This document shows, one piece after another, positions 1 through 53,312 of a DNA stretch of 64,000 bases. How positions within the stretch are numbered: position 1 is the first letter of the stretch; each line of letters starts with the position of its first letter. Made by a program: the position numbers and the translations under genes. A model generated the notes under the pieces. The model was given only the letters and a program-made list of their open reading frames with translations, ran no database searches and was not told the DNA's origin. The stretch is from Macrostomum lignano (Eukaryota), in NCBI GenBank assembly GCA_002269645.1, contig NIVC01003843.1, forward strand, positions 10,054 through 74,053, written 5' to 3'.

Positions 1-1093
1 TATGCCATTTTTTGGTGTAGGCAACATATTATATTATCTAGAGTCTGACTAACCCTAATATGTATGTGGCATCAAAACTTTTTATTGATTAAGTCCTCAA
101 CCTCATGAACTTAAGAGCTCCCCTAAGGCCTAAACTAAAAGTAAAAATATTCATCTTAACATTAGCCCTTACTAGGCCTAGGCCTATCCAACTACAATGT
201 GCATATTACTAAGGGGTACCAGTCGTTTCAGTGACAAGATGTTTTGGTGACAAATAGTCATTTCAGTGACAAGTTGCAATTGTGATAGACACACAAGTTT
301 CATTTTCAATGAAAAATCAAAGATTTCATGAGTATTGTTATTTTAGTGATAAGAGGCATTTCATAATATTTGGAAAAAAAATTCATCTTAACTATGAACT
401 TTAGCCTCTACTATCCAACTATAATATAGACATGGCATTGAAATTTTTTTTGATGTTAGACTTAGAGTCCTAAATTCTAGAAGCTTTGCCTTTGGGCTTA
501 TAAGTTCCCTCCCTCACCTGAAAACTGGCAATAAGGGTCTATTCATTTATTTTTATAACCTTAACCCTATTAAATCAATTGCTCTAACAATCTTTCAATT
601 CTCAATTGAGTGGTAGACCCTATTACTAGATATAATAAGAACTAAACTAGTTATGGGAAGTAAGGCCTATATGTTTTTAACCATATTTATATCTGTATGC
701 TTTGCCAAAAAACCTCTGTTTGCAACTTCCTATAGGCCCTAGCTTAGCTAGCTGTATCCATAGCTATAATAGAATTCTAATGCTATCATCATAAGTCATA
801 AGTGTAGCATATTAGTAATTTGGTATATTGAAAAAATAAGCCTAGAACAAGGGTACACCTTAACGCCTATAATTATACTAGGCCTAGGCCTATGAATAAT
901 AAATGTCAATTCATATAATAGGATACTTACTTGACAAAATCAAAATAGCTCAATAGGACAATTTTGTATTATAAAAATAAAATAGGGCCTATACAAAAAT
1001 ATTCTAACCTATAATATATATTGATAAGTTGCTTAAAATATTTAGGTTTTTATTCCATTCTAGACAATATATTATAGGCCTAATTGTTATAGC

Positions 1094-1489
1094 TAGAGGT
1101 CGGACAAGATTGAAATCTTTGGGCGGGATCGGGAATAATTTTTTTCTTGGGATCAGGATTGGGATCGAGATTTGAGAATTGGGATCAGGTCTTTCAAGTT
1201 AATTATTGTCCATGTAAAGTTAAACAAAATTGAGAAAAGATTGTCAAGATCAAGAAGTAAAACACAACAAAATTGATATGAAGTTTTGTAACCAACAAAG
1301 TAAATAATGTAACGAGTACAAGTTAAAGCAAAATACCTTCAAGTAATCACTAATTCTATAAATTTTTGATCAAAAGACCTGTTCTTGAATCTCGAGTTTT
1401 TTAGGGTTGGGATTCTGGTCCCGCGGGAATTCAATTTCTTCTGGATCCCAAGATTTTGGGATTGGGATCGGGATCCCGTCCGACCTCTA
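1094..1489. mobile_element. Non-autonomous hAT-like DNA transposon (MITE), 396 bp
   Basis: Perfect 12-bp TIRs TAGAGGTCGGAC (1094-1105) and GTCCGACCTCTA (1478-1489); 8-bp flanks GTTATAGC (1086-1093) and GTTATAGA (1490-1497), 7/8 identical; subterminal GGGATC/GGGATT repeats. Confidence 0.8.
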
Positions 1490-2447
1490 GTTATAGACCC
1501 TATTCTAAAAAAATTGCATATTTTTGTGTATAAAAAGCCACACTAGTTTTAGTAATTTAGATATATTATAGGGCCTAGGGGCCTTACTTTTTAGTTAATT
1601 ATAATTATAGCTAGGCTTAGGCTAGTTTTGACCATACATACAGTTGTAAGTTTTACATAAATCTACACTTCAATGAGGGTCATATGACTTGTCAGTATAT
1701 TTGAAAAATTCTAATTCTAAGGATAAAATATGCTTTATAAAATGAATAACTTTGCAAATCAATTAAATTGAATAAAAAAGCAAATATAAACTTGAAAAAA
1801 ACTATTGAGAAATTAAAAATATACATATCTGGTTTTTATTGGAAATGATAATAAACTATGCCTCTGATATCTTGTTCATAAAAATTGAAAAAATGTGACT
1901 TTCACAAAAATAGAAGCTTTAATTTTATATTTTCAAACTTGAACTAGTTCTAACCTAAAAATTCATTATCAAATCTTTAGATAAACTTTAAAATTCTCAT
2001 TTTGTTTCCTTTTTTAGCAGGTTTGGCCTGGCTTGGTTGTTTTTGGTGAGAAAATAAATTTTCATGTTAAATTATTTTCTTATATTTATTTAAATTTCAT
2101 GTTCATGTTTCATGTATATTTCATTTATTTTTATATTTCATGCTTAATACAAAAGGAAAAAAGAAACTTTTTATTATGGAACTAAATCTCAAAAGTAAAA
2201 TATAGTTCAATTTAGGCAAGTAAGATTTATCAAATCAAATAAAAAATACTTACCCCCCTTACCCACCAGCTATTTTGTAAAAAAGAAAAAGTTTCTTTAA
2301 TTGAAAACAGTTTTGCTTCTGTTTTATTTGTCAGATTTAAAAAATAATATCATATAGTCATATTTTTGCATGGGATGAACAACACAAACAATAAATTTCA
2401 TTAATTACCCTATTAAATAGTTAACTATTTTCCACTAGGAAACAGTT

Positions 2448-40591
<38,144 letters not shown>

Positions 40592-40724
40592 ACTCTTTAA
40601 AACCTGATTTGACCTTATGACCTTTGACCCGGTTTGAACTATTAACCTGAATTCATGCTTGTGTCATATTTAGCCTTAAAAACTACTCTGTTTACAATCT
40701 GTTATGACCTTTAGCATTTGACTC

Positions 40725-41225
40725 AACTTGACCTTAGTTGACCCTAATTGACCTTAGTTGGCCTTCATTGACCTTAGTTGACCCTAATTGACCTTAGTTG
40801 GCCTTGATTGACATTGGTTGACCTTGATTGGCCCTGATTGACCTTAGTTGACCTTGATTGACCTTAGATGACCCTAATTGACCTTAGTTGGCCTTAATTG
40901 ACCTTGGTTGACACTGATTGACTTTAGTTAACCCTAATTGACCTTAGTTGGCCTTAATTGACCTTGGTTGACACTGATTGACCTTAGTTAACCCTAATTG
41001 ACCTTAGTTGGCCTTGATTGACATCGGTTGACCTTGATTGACCTTAGTTGACCTTGACTGACCTTGACTGACCTTGATTGACCTTGGTTGACCCTGATTG
41101 ACCTTAGTTGACCCTAATTGACCTTAGTTGGCCTTGATTGACATTGGTTGACCTTGATTGGCCCTGATTGACCTTAGTTGACCTTGATTAACCTTAGTTG
41201 ACCCTGATTGACCATGGTTGACCTT
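40725..41225. repeat. 10-bp TTGACC-core repeat in the presumed TRRAP 3' UTR
   Basis: TTGACCTTAG, TTGACCCTAA and TTGGCCTTGA units. Confidence 0.92.
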
Positions 41226-41652
41226 CCTAGATTTTACATGAGGTTTAGGTTTAGGGAAATTTTTAAATAACTTTCGAAAATTTAGCCACTGTTTCTTAGA
41301 TTTTTTACCCGGTTCGACCTTTGTAGGTTTAAATATAGAATTTAGTTTCAGCCTTTAATCTTGTTTGTGTACAATTAAATAATGTACTTTAATAGTGTCA
41401 GTTTTAAGCGTAACGGTACCAACATTATTTAACACACTAAAATCTGACAACTTTTGGCATTTTACTAAATTCAAACTTTATCATCCAGTGCAGCATCATA
41501 GCATGTATTCACAATTTTATTTGTTGTAATTACTTTGTTATTGGAGACTACAAATTATTAACTCGTATATAGTTTATCTAATTTTGTACTGTAAATGTTG
41601 TTATTCTTCTGCTTAACGTTAACTGTTAACTATTTGTTTATTCAATTGTACC

Positions 41653-41658
41653 AATAAA
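41653..41658 (+). terminator. Candidate TRRAP polyadenylation signal
   Basis: AATAAA in an AT-rich stretch about 1.06 kb after the stop, just before the 23-bp satellite. Confidence 0.45.
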
Positions 41659-41764
41659 ATTAAAAGTTAAAACGTTCAATATTATATATATAATCTTACT
41701 GCTGTAAATCTGATAGGTGAATATTGTTTTACAGTTTTGATTATTTCTATTTTTGTTGGACCTA

Positions 41765-44190
41765 AGAACCGCCCCTAACCCACCCGAAGAATCGCCCCTA
41801 ACCCACCCGAAGAACCGCCCCTAACCCACCCGAAGAACCGCCCCTAACCCACCTGAAGAATCGCCCCTAACCCACCCGAAGAACCGCCCCTAACCCACCC
41901 GAAGAACCGCCCCTAACCCACCCGAAGAACCGCCCCTAACCCACCCGAAGAACCGCCCCCTAACCCACCCGAAGAACCGCCCCTAACCCACCCGAAGAAC
42001 CGCCCCTAACCCACCCGAAGAATCGCCCCTAACCCACCCGAAGAATCGCCCCTAACCCACCCGAAGAATCGCCCCTAACCCACCCGAAGAATCGCCCCTA
42101 AACCTCCCCAAAAAACTGCCCCTAACCTACCCTAAGAATCGCCTCTAAACCACCCAAATAATTGCTTCTAATCTCCCTAAGAATCGCCCCTAAACCTCCC
42201 CAAAAAACTGCCCCAACCCTCCCTAAGAATCGTCCCTAACCCACTTTAGGAATCGCCCTTAACCCTCCTTAAGAATCGCTCCTAAATCTCCCTAAGAATC
42301 GCTTTTAACCCTCCCTAAGAATCGCTCCTAAATCTCCCTAAGAATCGCTTTTAACCCTCCCTAAGAATCGCTCCTAAATCGCCCTTAATCCTTCCTTAGA
42401 ATCGCTCCTAAATCTCCCTAAGAATCGCTCCTAATCCTCCCTAAGAATCGCTCCTAAATCTCCCTAAGAATCGCCCTTAATCCTCCCTAAGAATCGCTCC
42501 TAAATCTCCCTAAGAATCGCCCTTAATCCTCCCTAAGAATCGCTCCTAAATGTCCCTAAGAATCGCCCTTAATCCTTCCTTAGAATCGCTCCTAAATCTC
42601 CCTAAGAATCGCTCCTAAATCTCCCTAAGGATCGCCCTTAATCCTTCCTTAGAATCGCTCCTAAATCTCCCTAAGAATCGCCCTTAACCCTCCCTAAGAA
42701 TCGCTCCTAAATCTCCCTAAGAATCGCCCTTAATCCTCCCTAAGAATCGCCCTTAACCCTCCCTAAGAATCGCCCTTAATCCTCCCTAAGAATCGCTCCT
42801 AAATCTCCCTAAGAATCGCCCTTAATCCTTTCTTAGAATCGCTCCTAAATCTCCCTAAGAATCGCCCTTAACCCTCCCTAAGAATCGCCCTTAACCCTCC
42901 CTAAGAATCGCTCCTAAATCTCCCTAAGAATCGCTCCTAAATCTCCCTAAGAATCGCTCCTAACCCTCCCTAAGAACCGCTCCTAAATCTCCCTAAGAAT
43001 CGCTCCTAAATCTCCCTAAGAATCGCCCTAAATCTCCCTAAGAATCGCCCTAAATCTCCCTAAGAACCGCTCCTAAATCTCCCTAAGAATCGCCCTTAAC
43101 CCTCCCTAAGAATCGCCCTTAATCCTCCCTAAGAATCGCCCTTAATCCTCCCTAAGAATCGCCCTTAACCCTCCCTAAGAATCGCTCCTAAATCTCCCTA
43201 AGAATCGCTCCTAAATCTCCCTAAGAATCGCCCTTAATCCTCCCTAAGAATCGCTCCTTTATCCTCCCTAAGAATCGCTCCTAAACCTCCCTAAGAATCG
43301 TCCTTAACCCTCCCTAAGAATCGCCCTTAATCCTCCCTAAGAATCGCTCCTAAATCTCCCTAAGAATCGCCCTTAATCCTTTCTTAGAATCGCTCCTAAA
43401 TCTCCCTAAGAATCGCCCTTAACCCTCCCTAAGAATCGCCCTTAACCCTCCCTAAGAATCGCTCCTAAATCTCCCTAAGAATCGCTCCTAAATCTCCCTA
43501 AGAATCGCTCCTAACCCTCCCTAAGAACCGCTCCTAAATCTCCCTAAGAATCGCCCTAAATCTCCCTAAGAATCGCCCTAAATCTCCCTAAGAATCGCTC
43601 CTAAATCTCCCTAAGAATCGCTCCTAACCCTCCCTAAGAACCGCTCCTAAATCTCCCTAAGAATCGCCCTAAATCTCCCTAAGAATCGCCCTAAATCTCC
43701 CTAAGAATCGCCCTAAATCTCCCTAAGAACCGCCCTTAACCCTCCCTAAGAATCGCTCCTAAATCTCCCTAAGAATCGCTCCTAAATCTCCCTAAGAATC
43801 GCCCTTAATCCTCCCTAAGAATCGCTCCTTTATCCTCCCTAAGAATCGCTCCTTAACCTCCCTAAGAATCGCCCTTAACCCTCCCTAAGAATCGCCCTTA
43901 ATCCTCCCTAAGAATCGCTCCTAAATCTCCCTAAGAATCGCCCTTAATCCTCCCTAAGAATCGCTCCTAAATCTCCCTAAGAATCGCTCCTAAATCTCCC
44001 TAAGAATCGCCCTTAATCCTCCCTAAGAATCGCTCCTAAATCTCCCTAAGAATCGCTCCTAAATCTCCCTAAGAATCGCCCTTAATCCTCCCTAAGAATC
44101 GCTCCTAAATCTCCCTAAGAATCGCTCCTAAATCTCCCTAAGAATCGCTCCTAAATCTCCCTAAGTATCGCTCCTAACCCACCCTAAGAA
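41765..44190. repeat. 23-bp satellite, C-rich on the + strand
   Basis: AACCGCCCCTAACCCACCCGAAG grading into AATCGCTCCTAAATCTCCCTAAG and AATCGCCCTTAATCCTCCCTAAG. Confidence 0.97.
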
Positions 44191-44649
44191 CCGCGTCCAA
44201 ACCATCTTTAAAATCGCTTTTGGACACTTCACGGAAACGCTCTTTTAGCACAAGCAACTTTAACTGGTTTAATAAAGCGGTTTGTTTAATTTGCAGTCCG
44301 AACACGCCTGTCCCACTGCCTCACAAGCAGCGCACATGTCACAAACTAAATAATTAAAAGTCATTCATTACCCAGAAATTCTCTTATCTTATCAGTTCCC
44401 AGCAACCTAATTCAGCAGGTGCAATTGTCTGTCTGTCAATGGGTGGGTGGTGCAGCTGCCACAAGCGGCGTATTATACATGTGTGAGTATTATATTGGCA
44501 TTGCGTATTGTGCATAGGTTCAACTGACCATTGCACCCGCCCTCAATGCTTTCGCCTAAGCTATTAAGTTTTTTCCTATCTTATCTCTGGACGCTAATAA
44601 ATCATTATCTCACTTAATTCTCGAAATTTTGTCACAGATTCACTCATTT

Positions 44650-45240
44650 CTGCTGTGATCCCATTTCTCCAGATTCACAGATCCCTGCTGTGATCCCATT
44701 TCCCAGATTCACAGATCCCAACTGTGATCACATTTCTGAGATTCACAGATCCCTGCTGTGATCCCATTTCTCCAGATTCACAGATCCCTGCTGTGATCCC
44801 ATTTCCGAGATTCACAGATCCCTGCTGTGATCACATTTCTCAGATTCACAAATCCCTGCTGTGATCACATTTCCCAGATTCACAGATCTCTACTGTGATT
44901 AAATTTCCTAGATTCACAGATCCCCACTGTGATCACATTTCCCAGATTCACAGATCCCCACTGTGATCACATTTCCCAGATTCACAGATCCCTGCTGTGA
45001 TCCCATTTCCCAGATTCACAGATCCCTGCTGTGATCCCATTTCCAAGATTCACAGATCCCTGCTGTGATCACATTTCTCAGATTCACAAATCCCTACTGT
45101 GATCACATTTCCCATATTCACAGATCCCTGCTGTGATCACATTTCCTAGATTCATAGATCCCCACTGTGATCACATTTCCCAGATTTACAGAACACTGCT
45201 GTGATCCCATTTCTCAGATTAACAGATCTCGCTGTGAGAA
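44650..45240. repeat. ~33-bp minisatellite with an internal inverted repeat
   Basis: CCAGATTCACAGATCCCTGCTGTGATCCCATTT units. Confidence 0.94.
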
Positions 45241-45619
45241 TATCTTCCACTCTGTCCTAAAAGAACGAGAACCTCGTTTCGAAGATTCCTTTATAAACCT
45301 TTATTTTTTGCAGTGATATAGCGATTCTGTCGAACTTAGCTTTTACAAGTCTGTGAGCTGTAAGGGATGATGCTCTGATACCCCACTATCCTGCTTTGAT
45401 TTAGAGTTTTTTTAACAGGAAGGCGATTTCGCTGTGGTCAACTCAATCTGTTATGCTGTGTTGGTCAGTCTTCAGAATAGAAATTCGATACGAAATTTAT
45501 TTAGATTTTATGCCGAATTTTGGCTCTTGATAAAATAATCAGTGCACCTTCATGTGTACCTGTTTGAGGGGTCGGGTCATTGGTGCAGACTAGTGCTTCC
45601 TGCGTTCACTGTGCGTTTT

Positions 45620-46420
45620 TTGGGTCAGTATCCCCTTCATCAGAGTGCTGGTTCAACATCCTCTTCATTGTAGTCCTGGGTCAGCATCCTCCTCATTGTA
45701 GTCCTGGGTCAGCATCCTCTTCATTGTAGTCCTGGGTCAGCATCCTCCTCATCAGAGTCTTGGGTCAGCATCCTCTTCATTGTAGTCTTGGGTCAGCATC
45801 CTCTTCATTGTAGTCTTGGGTCAGCATCCTCCTCATCAGAGTCCTGGGTCAGCATCCTCTTCATTGTAGTCCTGGGTCAGCATCCTCCTCATCAGAGTCC
45901 TGGGTCAGCATCCTCTTCATTGTAGTCTTGGGTCAGCATCCTCTTCATTGTAGTCCTGGGTCAGCATCCTCCTCATCAGAGTCCTGGGTCAGCATCCTCT
46001 TCATTGTAGTCTTGGGTCAGCATCCTCCTCATCAGAGTCTTGGGTCAGCATCCTCTTCATTGTAGTCCTGGGTCAGCATCCTCCTCATCAGAGTCTTGGG
46101 TCAGCATCCTCCTCATCAGAGTCCTGGGTCAGCAACCTCCTCATCAGAGTCCTGGGTCAGCATCCTCCTCATCAGAGTCTTGGGTCAGTATCCCCTTCAT
46201 CAGAGTGCTGGTTCATCATCCTCTTCATTGTAGTCCTGGGTCAGCATCCTCCTCATCAGAGTCTTGGGTCAGCATCCTCTTCATCAGAGTCTTGGGTCAG
46301 CATCCTCTTCATTGTAGTCCTGGGTCAGCATCCTCCTCATCAGAGTCCTGGGTCAGCATCCTCTTCATTAGAGTCCTGGGTCAGCATCCTCCTCATCGGA
46401 GGGTCAGCATCCTCTTCATC
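45620..46420. repeat. 28-bp minisatellite
   Basis: GGGTCAGCATCCTCCTCATCAGAGTCCT and GGGTCAGCATCCTCTTCATTGTAGTCCT units. Confidence 0.95.
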
Positions 46421-46677
46421 AATCTGGCTCACGGATCCCTCCAACTCGCGACCGATTTCGCACCTCGCATGACGGCCGTCTGTCCGCCAATCTGCAGGCT
46501 AGCAACTATTTTTAGCCCAGCCAATCTCAGAACTCCAGATCGAACCGTAGCAACCCCGACTCCTAACTCGCGTTTTACTTGTATATTAGCCGTCCTCGAA
46601 TCTCCACGGCCTCGCTTCAAGTTTGAAAAGTGAACAAAGATCACTACCAAATACTAAGGTTTTGATTGACAGCAAGC

Positions 46678-48336
<1,659 letters not shown>

Positions 48337-49219
48337 TAAAAGAACAATATGGTTAGTAAGACTGCTGTTGGTTGAGCGCGGTCGCGGGTTCTTTATAGCT
48401 GGATTTCTTGGAAACGGAAACGGACATTTTTCATAGAAATTTAATGAGGTTGTTTCCTGGGTAATGAAAACGGGTATGTTTCTTAGAAAAATGTAATTGG
48501 CTGTTTCTTTGAAACGAAAACTTAATCTAGTTTATTTCTTAGAAAAGAAGACGAAAACATTATGAATTCTAATGATGTTTATTGGAAACACAGAGGCGGG
48601 ATTTTAATTATTCTTAGAATTAACGGGTTTGTTTTCTTGCAACTGCAAATGAACTACTTACTTTTAAGAAGTTTATATTTGAAAAAAAGATTTTATTTCT
48701 AGGAAACAAAGCCGGAAACGGTGATGCTTTGTTTCTTAGAAACAAAAATGGAAACTGGCTTCTATTTCTAAGAATTATTTAAACGGAGCGGAGTTGTCTT
48801 TAGTTAAAACAAAAGCTGAGAAGCATTATTTCTTTGAAACAAAGCCGGAAGTGGAAAACAAAAGAAGATGTAACCTTTGTCTGCGTCAAAGTCCAATGTC
48901 CACTGCCATTTCAGTTTTTTCCAACCATCCATCTGAACCATTTTGCATTGAATTTGGTTTTTAGCAAGACCCCAGCGAAAACTTTTTCTGTTCTGTTGAT
49001 GTATTTTAATTTAAAATTCGTCCCCTCCAGTGCAATCCTGAACTTTCTTCTCTGTCGAGCGACTCCACAGAATAAAATCTCCTTGCATTCACATCTCCGG
49101 CCACGCGTTCTCAACGTACATTTTTGTATTTGACTTTTCCGTGTCAGCGTGCACCTCTTTGATTCTTTTGGCTTTGGGTTAAATTGCTGCTTCCGTAGAT
49201 GGTGGGTAACCCGAACTCT

Positions 49220-49910
49220 GGTCTCACTCTGATCTCACTCTGATCTCACTCTGATCTCACTCTGATCTCACTCTGATCTCACTCTTGTCTCACTCTCTGA
49301 TCCCACTCTGATCTCACTCTGATCGCATTCTAATCTCACTCTGATCTCACTCTTGTCTCACTCTCTGATCTCACTCTGATCTCACTCTGATCTCACCCTG
49401 ATCTCACTCTGATCTCACTCTCTGATCTCTCTCTGATCTCACTCTGATCTCACTCTGATCTCACTCTGATCGCATTCTAATCTCACTCTCTGATCTCTCT
49501 CTGATCTCACTGTGATCTCACCCTCTGATCTCACTGTGATCTCACTGTGATCTCACTGTGATCTCACTGTGATCTCACTCTGATCTCACTCTGATCTCAC
49601 TCTGATCTCACTCTGATCTCACTCTAATCTCACTCTCTGATCTCACTGTGATTCTCACCCTCTGATCTCACTCTGATCTCACTCTGATCTCACTGTGATC
49701 TCACTCTCTGATCTCACTGTGATCTCACTCTCTGATCTCACTGTGATCTCACTCTCTGATCTCACTGTGATCTCACTCTCTGATCTCACTCTGATCTCAC
49801 TCTCTGATCTCACCCTGATCTCACTCTGATCTCACTCTCTGATCTCACTGTGATCTCACTCTCTGATCTCACTGTGATCTCACTCTCTGATCTCACTCTG
49901 ATCTCACTCC
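49220..49910. repeat. 11/13-bp minisatellite
   Basis: CTGATCTCACT(CT) units. Confidence 0.95.
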
Positions 49911-50499
49911 ATCCTCATCGCGGACTATAAACAGCTGAAGTCGCACGTGAAGTCGCATGAGCGCAACGTGTTTCCATATTTTTAGCAGATCTCATCCGAT
50001 TATGAAAACTCATTTCGCCTGTGAAGTTGTATTTCGCCCGTATTTATATTTTCGATTTAAATATAGTCTCATAATATCTCTATATATTTTTTTCGCGTTC
50101 AATGCATCATAGGCCCCTGGATTTTCTCGTGTTTTGTTTAACTGTTTGTGATTGATTTTTGAAAAAGCAATTTTATTATTATAACTTTTATCGGATATAT
50201 CCTGTTAAGCACTGCTAAAAGCATTTTACTGAACTATTACTGCAATATAAGGGGCCGCCCAGATGCATGCATACACGTCAAACGGTGTGTGTTGGTGTGT
50301 CCAGTTGTTGCTAAATGTGCAATATTTTCCTTCAACATAGAATATGTTGAATATATAAATTTACTCTATGAAGTACTGACTTTAAGAATTTGGTTTGTTC
50401 TTAAACATTGCCATCGATAAATGTGATTGTATAATCAAGGATTGCGTAGAGGGTTTGAAAACTTATATCTTTTTCCTGTTGAGAAGAGAGAGGGTAAAG

Positions 50500-51190
50500 A
50501 GGGTAGAGTAGGAGAGGCTAGAGGGTAGAGTAGGGAGGCAAAGTTAGGGAGAGACAGAGGAAAAGGAAGGGAGATATAGGGAGAGGACGGGAGAGGAAGG
50601 GAGAGGAAGGGAGAGGAAGGAAGAGGAAGGGAAATGAAGGGAGATGTAGGGAGAGAAAATAGGAGACGAAGGGAGATGAAGGGAGACGAATGGAGAGGAA
50701 GGGAGAGGAAGGGAAATGAAGGGAGGTTTGGGGAGAGAAGAGGAGACGAAGGGATACGAAGGGAGAGAAAGGGAGAGAAAGGGAGAGAAAGGGAGAGAAG
50801 AGAGAGGAAGGGAGAGGAAGGGAGTGGAAGGAGAGGAAGGGAGAGGAAGGGAGAGGAAGGGAGAGGAAGGGAGAGGAAGGGAGAGAGAATGGGAGACGAG
50901 GGGAGACGAAGGGAGACGAATGGAGATGAAGGGAGATGTAGGGAGAGAAAGGGAGACGAAGGGAGAGGAAGGATGGGAAGGGAGAGGAAGGGAGAGGAAG
51001 GGAGGGTAAGGGAGAGGAAGGGATAGGAAGGGAGGGGAAGGGAGAGGAAGGGAAAGGAAGGGAGAGGAAGGGATAGGAAGGGATAGGAAGGGAGAGGAAG
51101 GGAGAGGAAGGGAGAGGAAGGGATGGGAAGGGAGAGGAAGGGAGAGGAAGAGAGAGGAAGGGAGAGGAAGGGAGGGGAGGGAGAGGAGGC
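50500..51190. repeat. Purine-rich (on +) 10-bp repeat
   Basis: GGGAGAGGAA units and variants. Confidence 0.94.
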
Positions 51191-52204
51191 ACCAGAGACG
51201 GGACACCGGAGCCAGTGAGTCTCGGACCAAACCCGATAACTTCAGTCTGCCACAGGACATAAATCATAACGCAGTTTCAGGTCTCCAATCAATTCTCAAA
51301 AAACGGAGATATCTATATAGTATTTATTTCCGAGTGACTGCTCCACTCCCATCTACAACTCCCACTCTATCATCAAGTGCGCTCCCTAACTCAACCGATC
51401 GTCGATAACTTTGATTCCGCATAGCAACCGCCCAGCTTCTGAGACGCTTCTGAGCTTAAAATAGCATCCAGCCAACGGCCGGTGATAATTGGCTTATAGA
51501 GGCTGCATGCAAGTCGCCGGTCGCAGTTGCTAAGCAGGCGAGAAAAGCTTGCTTGTGGGAGTGGGGAGGGGAGACAAGGAAGAGGAGAAGGTGCCGATAA
51601 TTTTGCGTGGGCGGTTCGGCTGGAGAAGGGGATCAGAAGTGAAGACAAGTCAAGTGGGGATCTATCTATCCATTGCTCTTGTGGAATTAATTAGATGCGC
51701 ACCCCAAGTGAAGTCGGGGGCAAATTCAATAATAAAACTGAGTATGCTGCATGCCTCTCTTTTTTTGCTCGAATGGCTCCACAATCGAAGACAAGGAGGA
51801 ATCTAAATATAGAGCCGCTGCCGCATGACTTCTCTGTACCTATGAGCCGAATAGAATGCATCGAAGCATCTCTCCCATCCCTAGGCAGGCTGTGTCGGCG
51901 ATCGGCAAAAAAATGCTAAAAATAAAAAATCAAAGGGATCGTTTTTCGTTAGCGACTTTTCAGCTTTAGTTTTTTTCTCAAGTCATCGATTTGCGAAAGT
52001 CGCGATAGCGGCGGGACAGGAAAGGGGGCAGGCAGCTGATGGGGAACTAGGGAGACTGGGCTGGCGCGAGGGTCAGTTCCACTTCGGAGAATTATTGATT
52101 TTATCAGAATCGGACTGAGTCTGAGCGAGAAGAGACTTAAATAGCAGGGAGAGTGACAGCCGGAGTGACACAAATTGACGCGCAGTGTGACATCCAGACT
52201 GTTA

Positions 52205-52950
52205 TACAGAGTGACGCATAAAGTGACGCATAGATCGAGTGACGCATAGATCGAGTGACGCATAGATCGAGTGACGCATAGAGTGACGCATAGAGTGACG
52301 CATAGATCGAGTGACGCATAGAGTGACGCATAGAGTGACGCATAGATCGAGTGACGCATAGAGTGACGCATAGAGTGACGCATAGATCGAGTGACGCATA
52401 GATCGAGTGACGCATAGAGTGACGCATAGAGTGACGCATAGATCGAGTGACGCATAGAGTGACGCATAGAGTGACGCATAGAGTGACGCATACAGTGACG
52501 CATAGAGTGACGCATAGAGTGACGCATAGAGTGACGCATACAGTGACGCATAGAGTGACGCATAGAGTGACGCATAGAGTGACGAATAGAGTGACGCATA
52601 GAGTGACGCATAGAGTGACGCATGGAGTGACGCGTAGAGTGACGCATGGAGTGACGCATAGAGTGACGCATAGAATGACGCATAGAGTGACGCATAGAAT
52701 GACGCATAGAGTGACGCATAGAGTGACACATAGAGTGACGCATAGAGTGACGCATAGAGTGACGAATAGAGTGACGCATAGAGTGACGCATAGAGTGACG
52801 CATAGAATGACGCATAGAGTGACGCATAGAATGACGCATAGAGTGACGCATAGAGTGACACATAGAGTGACGCATAGAGTGACGCATAGAGTGACGAATA
52901 GAGTGACGCATAGAGTGACGCATAGAGTGACGCATGGAGTGACGCACCAA
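52205..52950. repeat. 12-bp minisatellite
   Basis: GAGTGACGCATA units, with a GATC-extended variant. Confidence 0.96.
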
Positions 52951-53312
52951 AAGGAGACAAAGTGACACAGAGTGACACATCCAGAGTGAGGCACAAAGCG
53001 AATTACATTCTACATTTACAAGAAGATAAAACAGATTTGAGAAAGTTAAAAAAAAGTATCAGAACCGTAGTAGATCGAGTTTCACTACTTCGAACCGTGA
53101 GAATGGAACTCTTGGCATTCTAAAATCCAGCTACGTGCGAAATTTCCAATTAGCAAAATTGTTTCCCACAGCCAACTATGCAGCAACCACTCAATTTCGA
53201 AAAAAGTAACAAATTTGATTTTAAATCGGGAGGAGCTTGTCTGTCTGCGGTTGTAACCGTTTTGATCACTGGTGCAGGTGCAGCAAAGCTGACTTCGAAT
53301 CTTTGAAAATCG

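Noticed and set aside
41765-42110. Interstitial telomere
   Set aside because: There is only one CCCTAA per 23-bp unit, not a (TTAGGG)n tract.
49911-49985. Peptide ILIADYKQLKSHVKSHERNVFPYF resembling a C2H2 helix
   Set aside because: There are no upstream cysteines, no acceptor and no start codon; it is probably chance.
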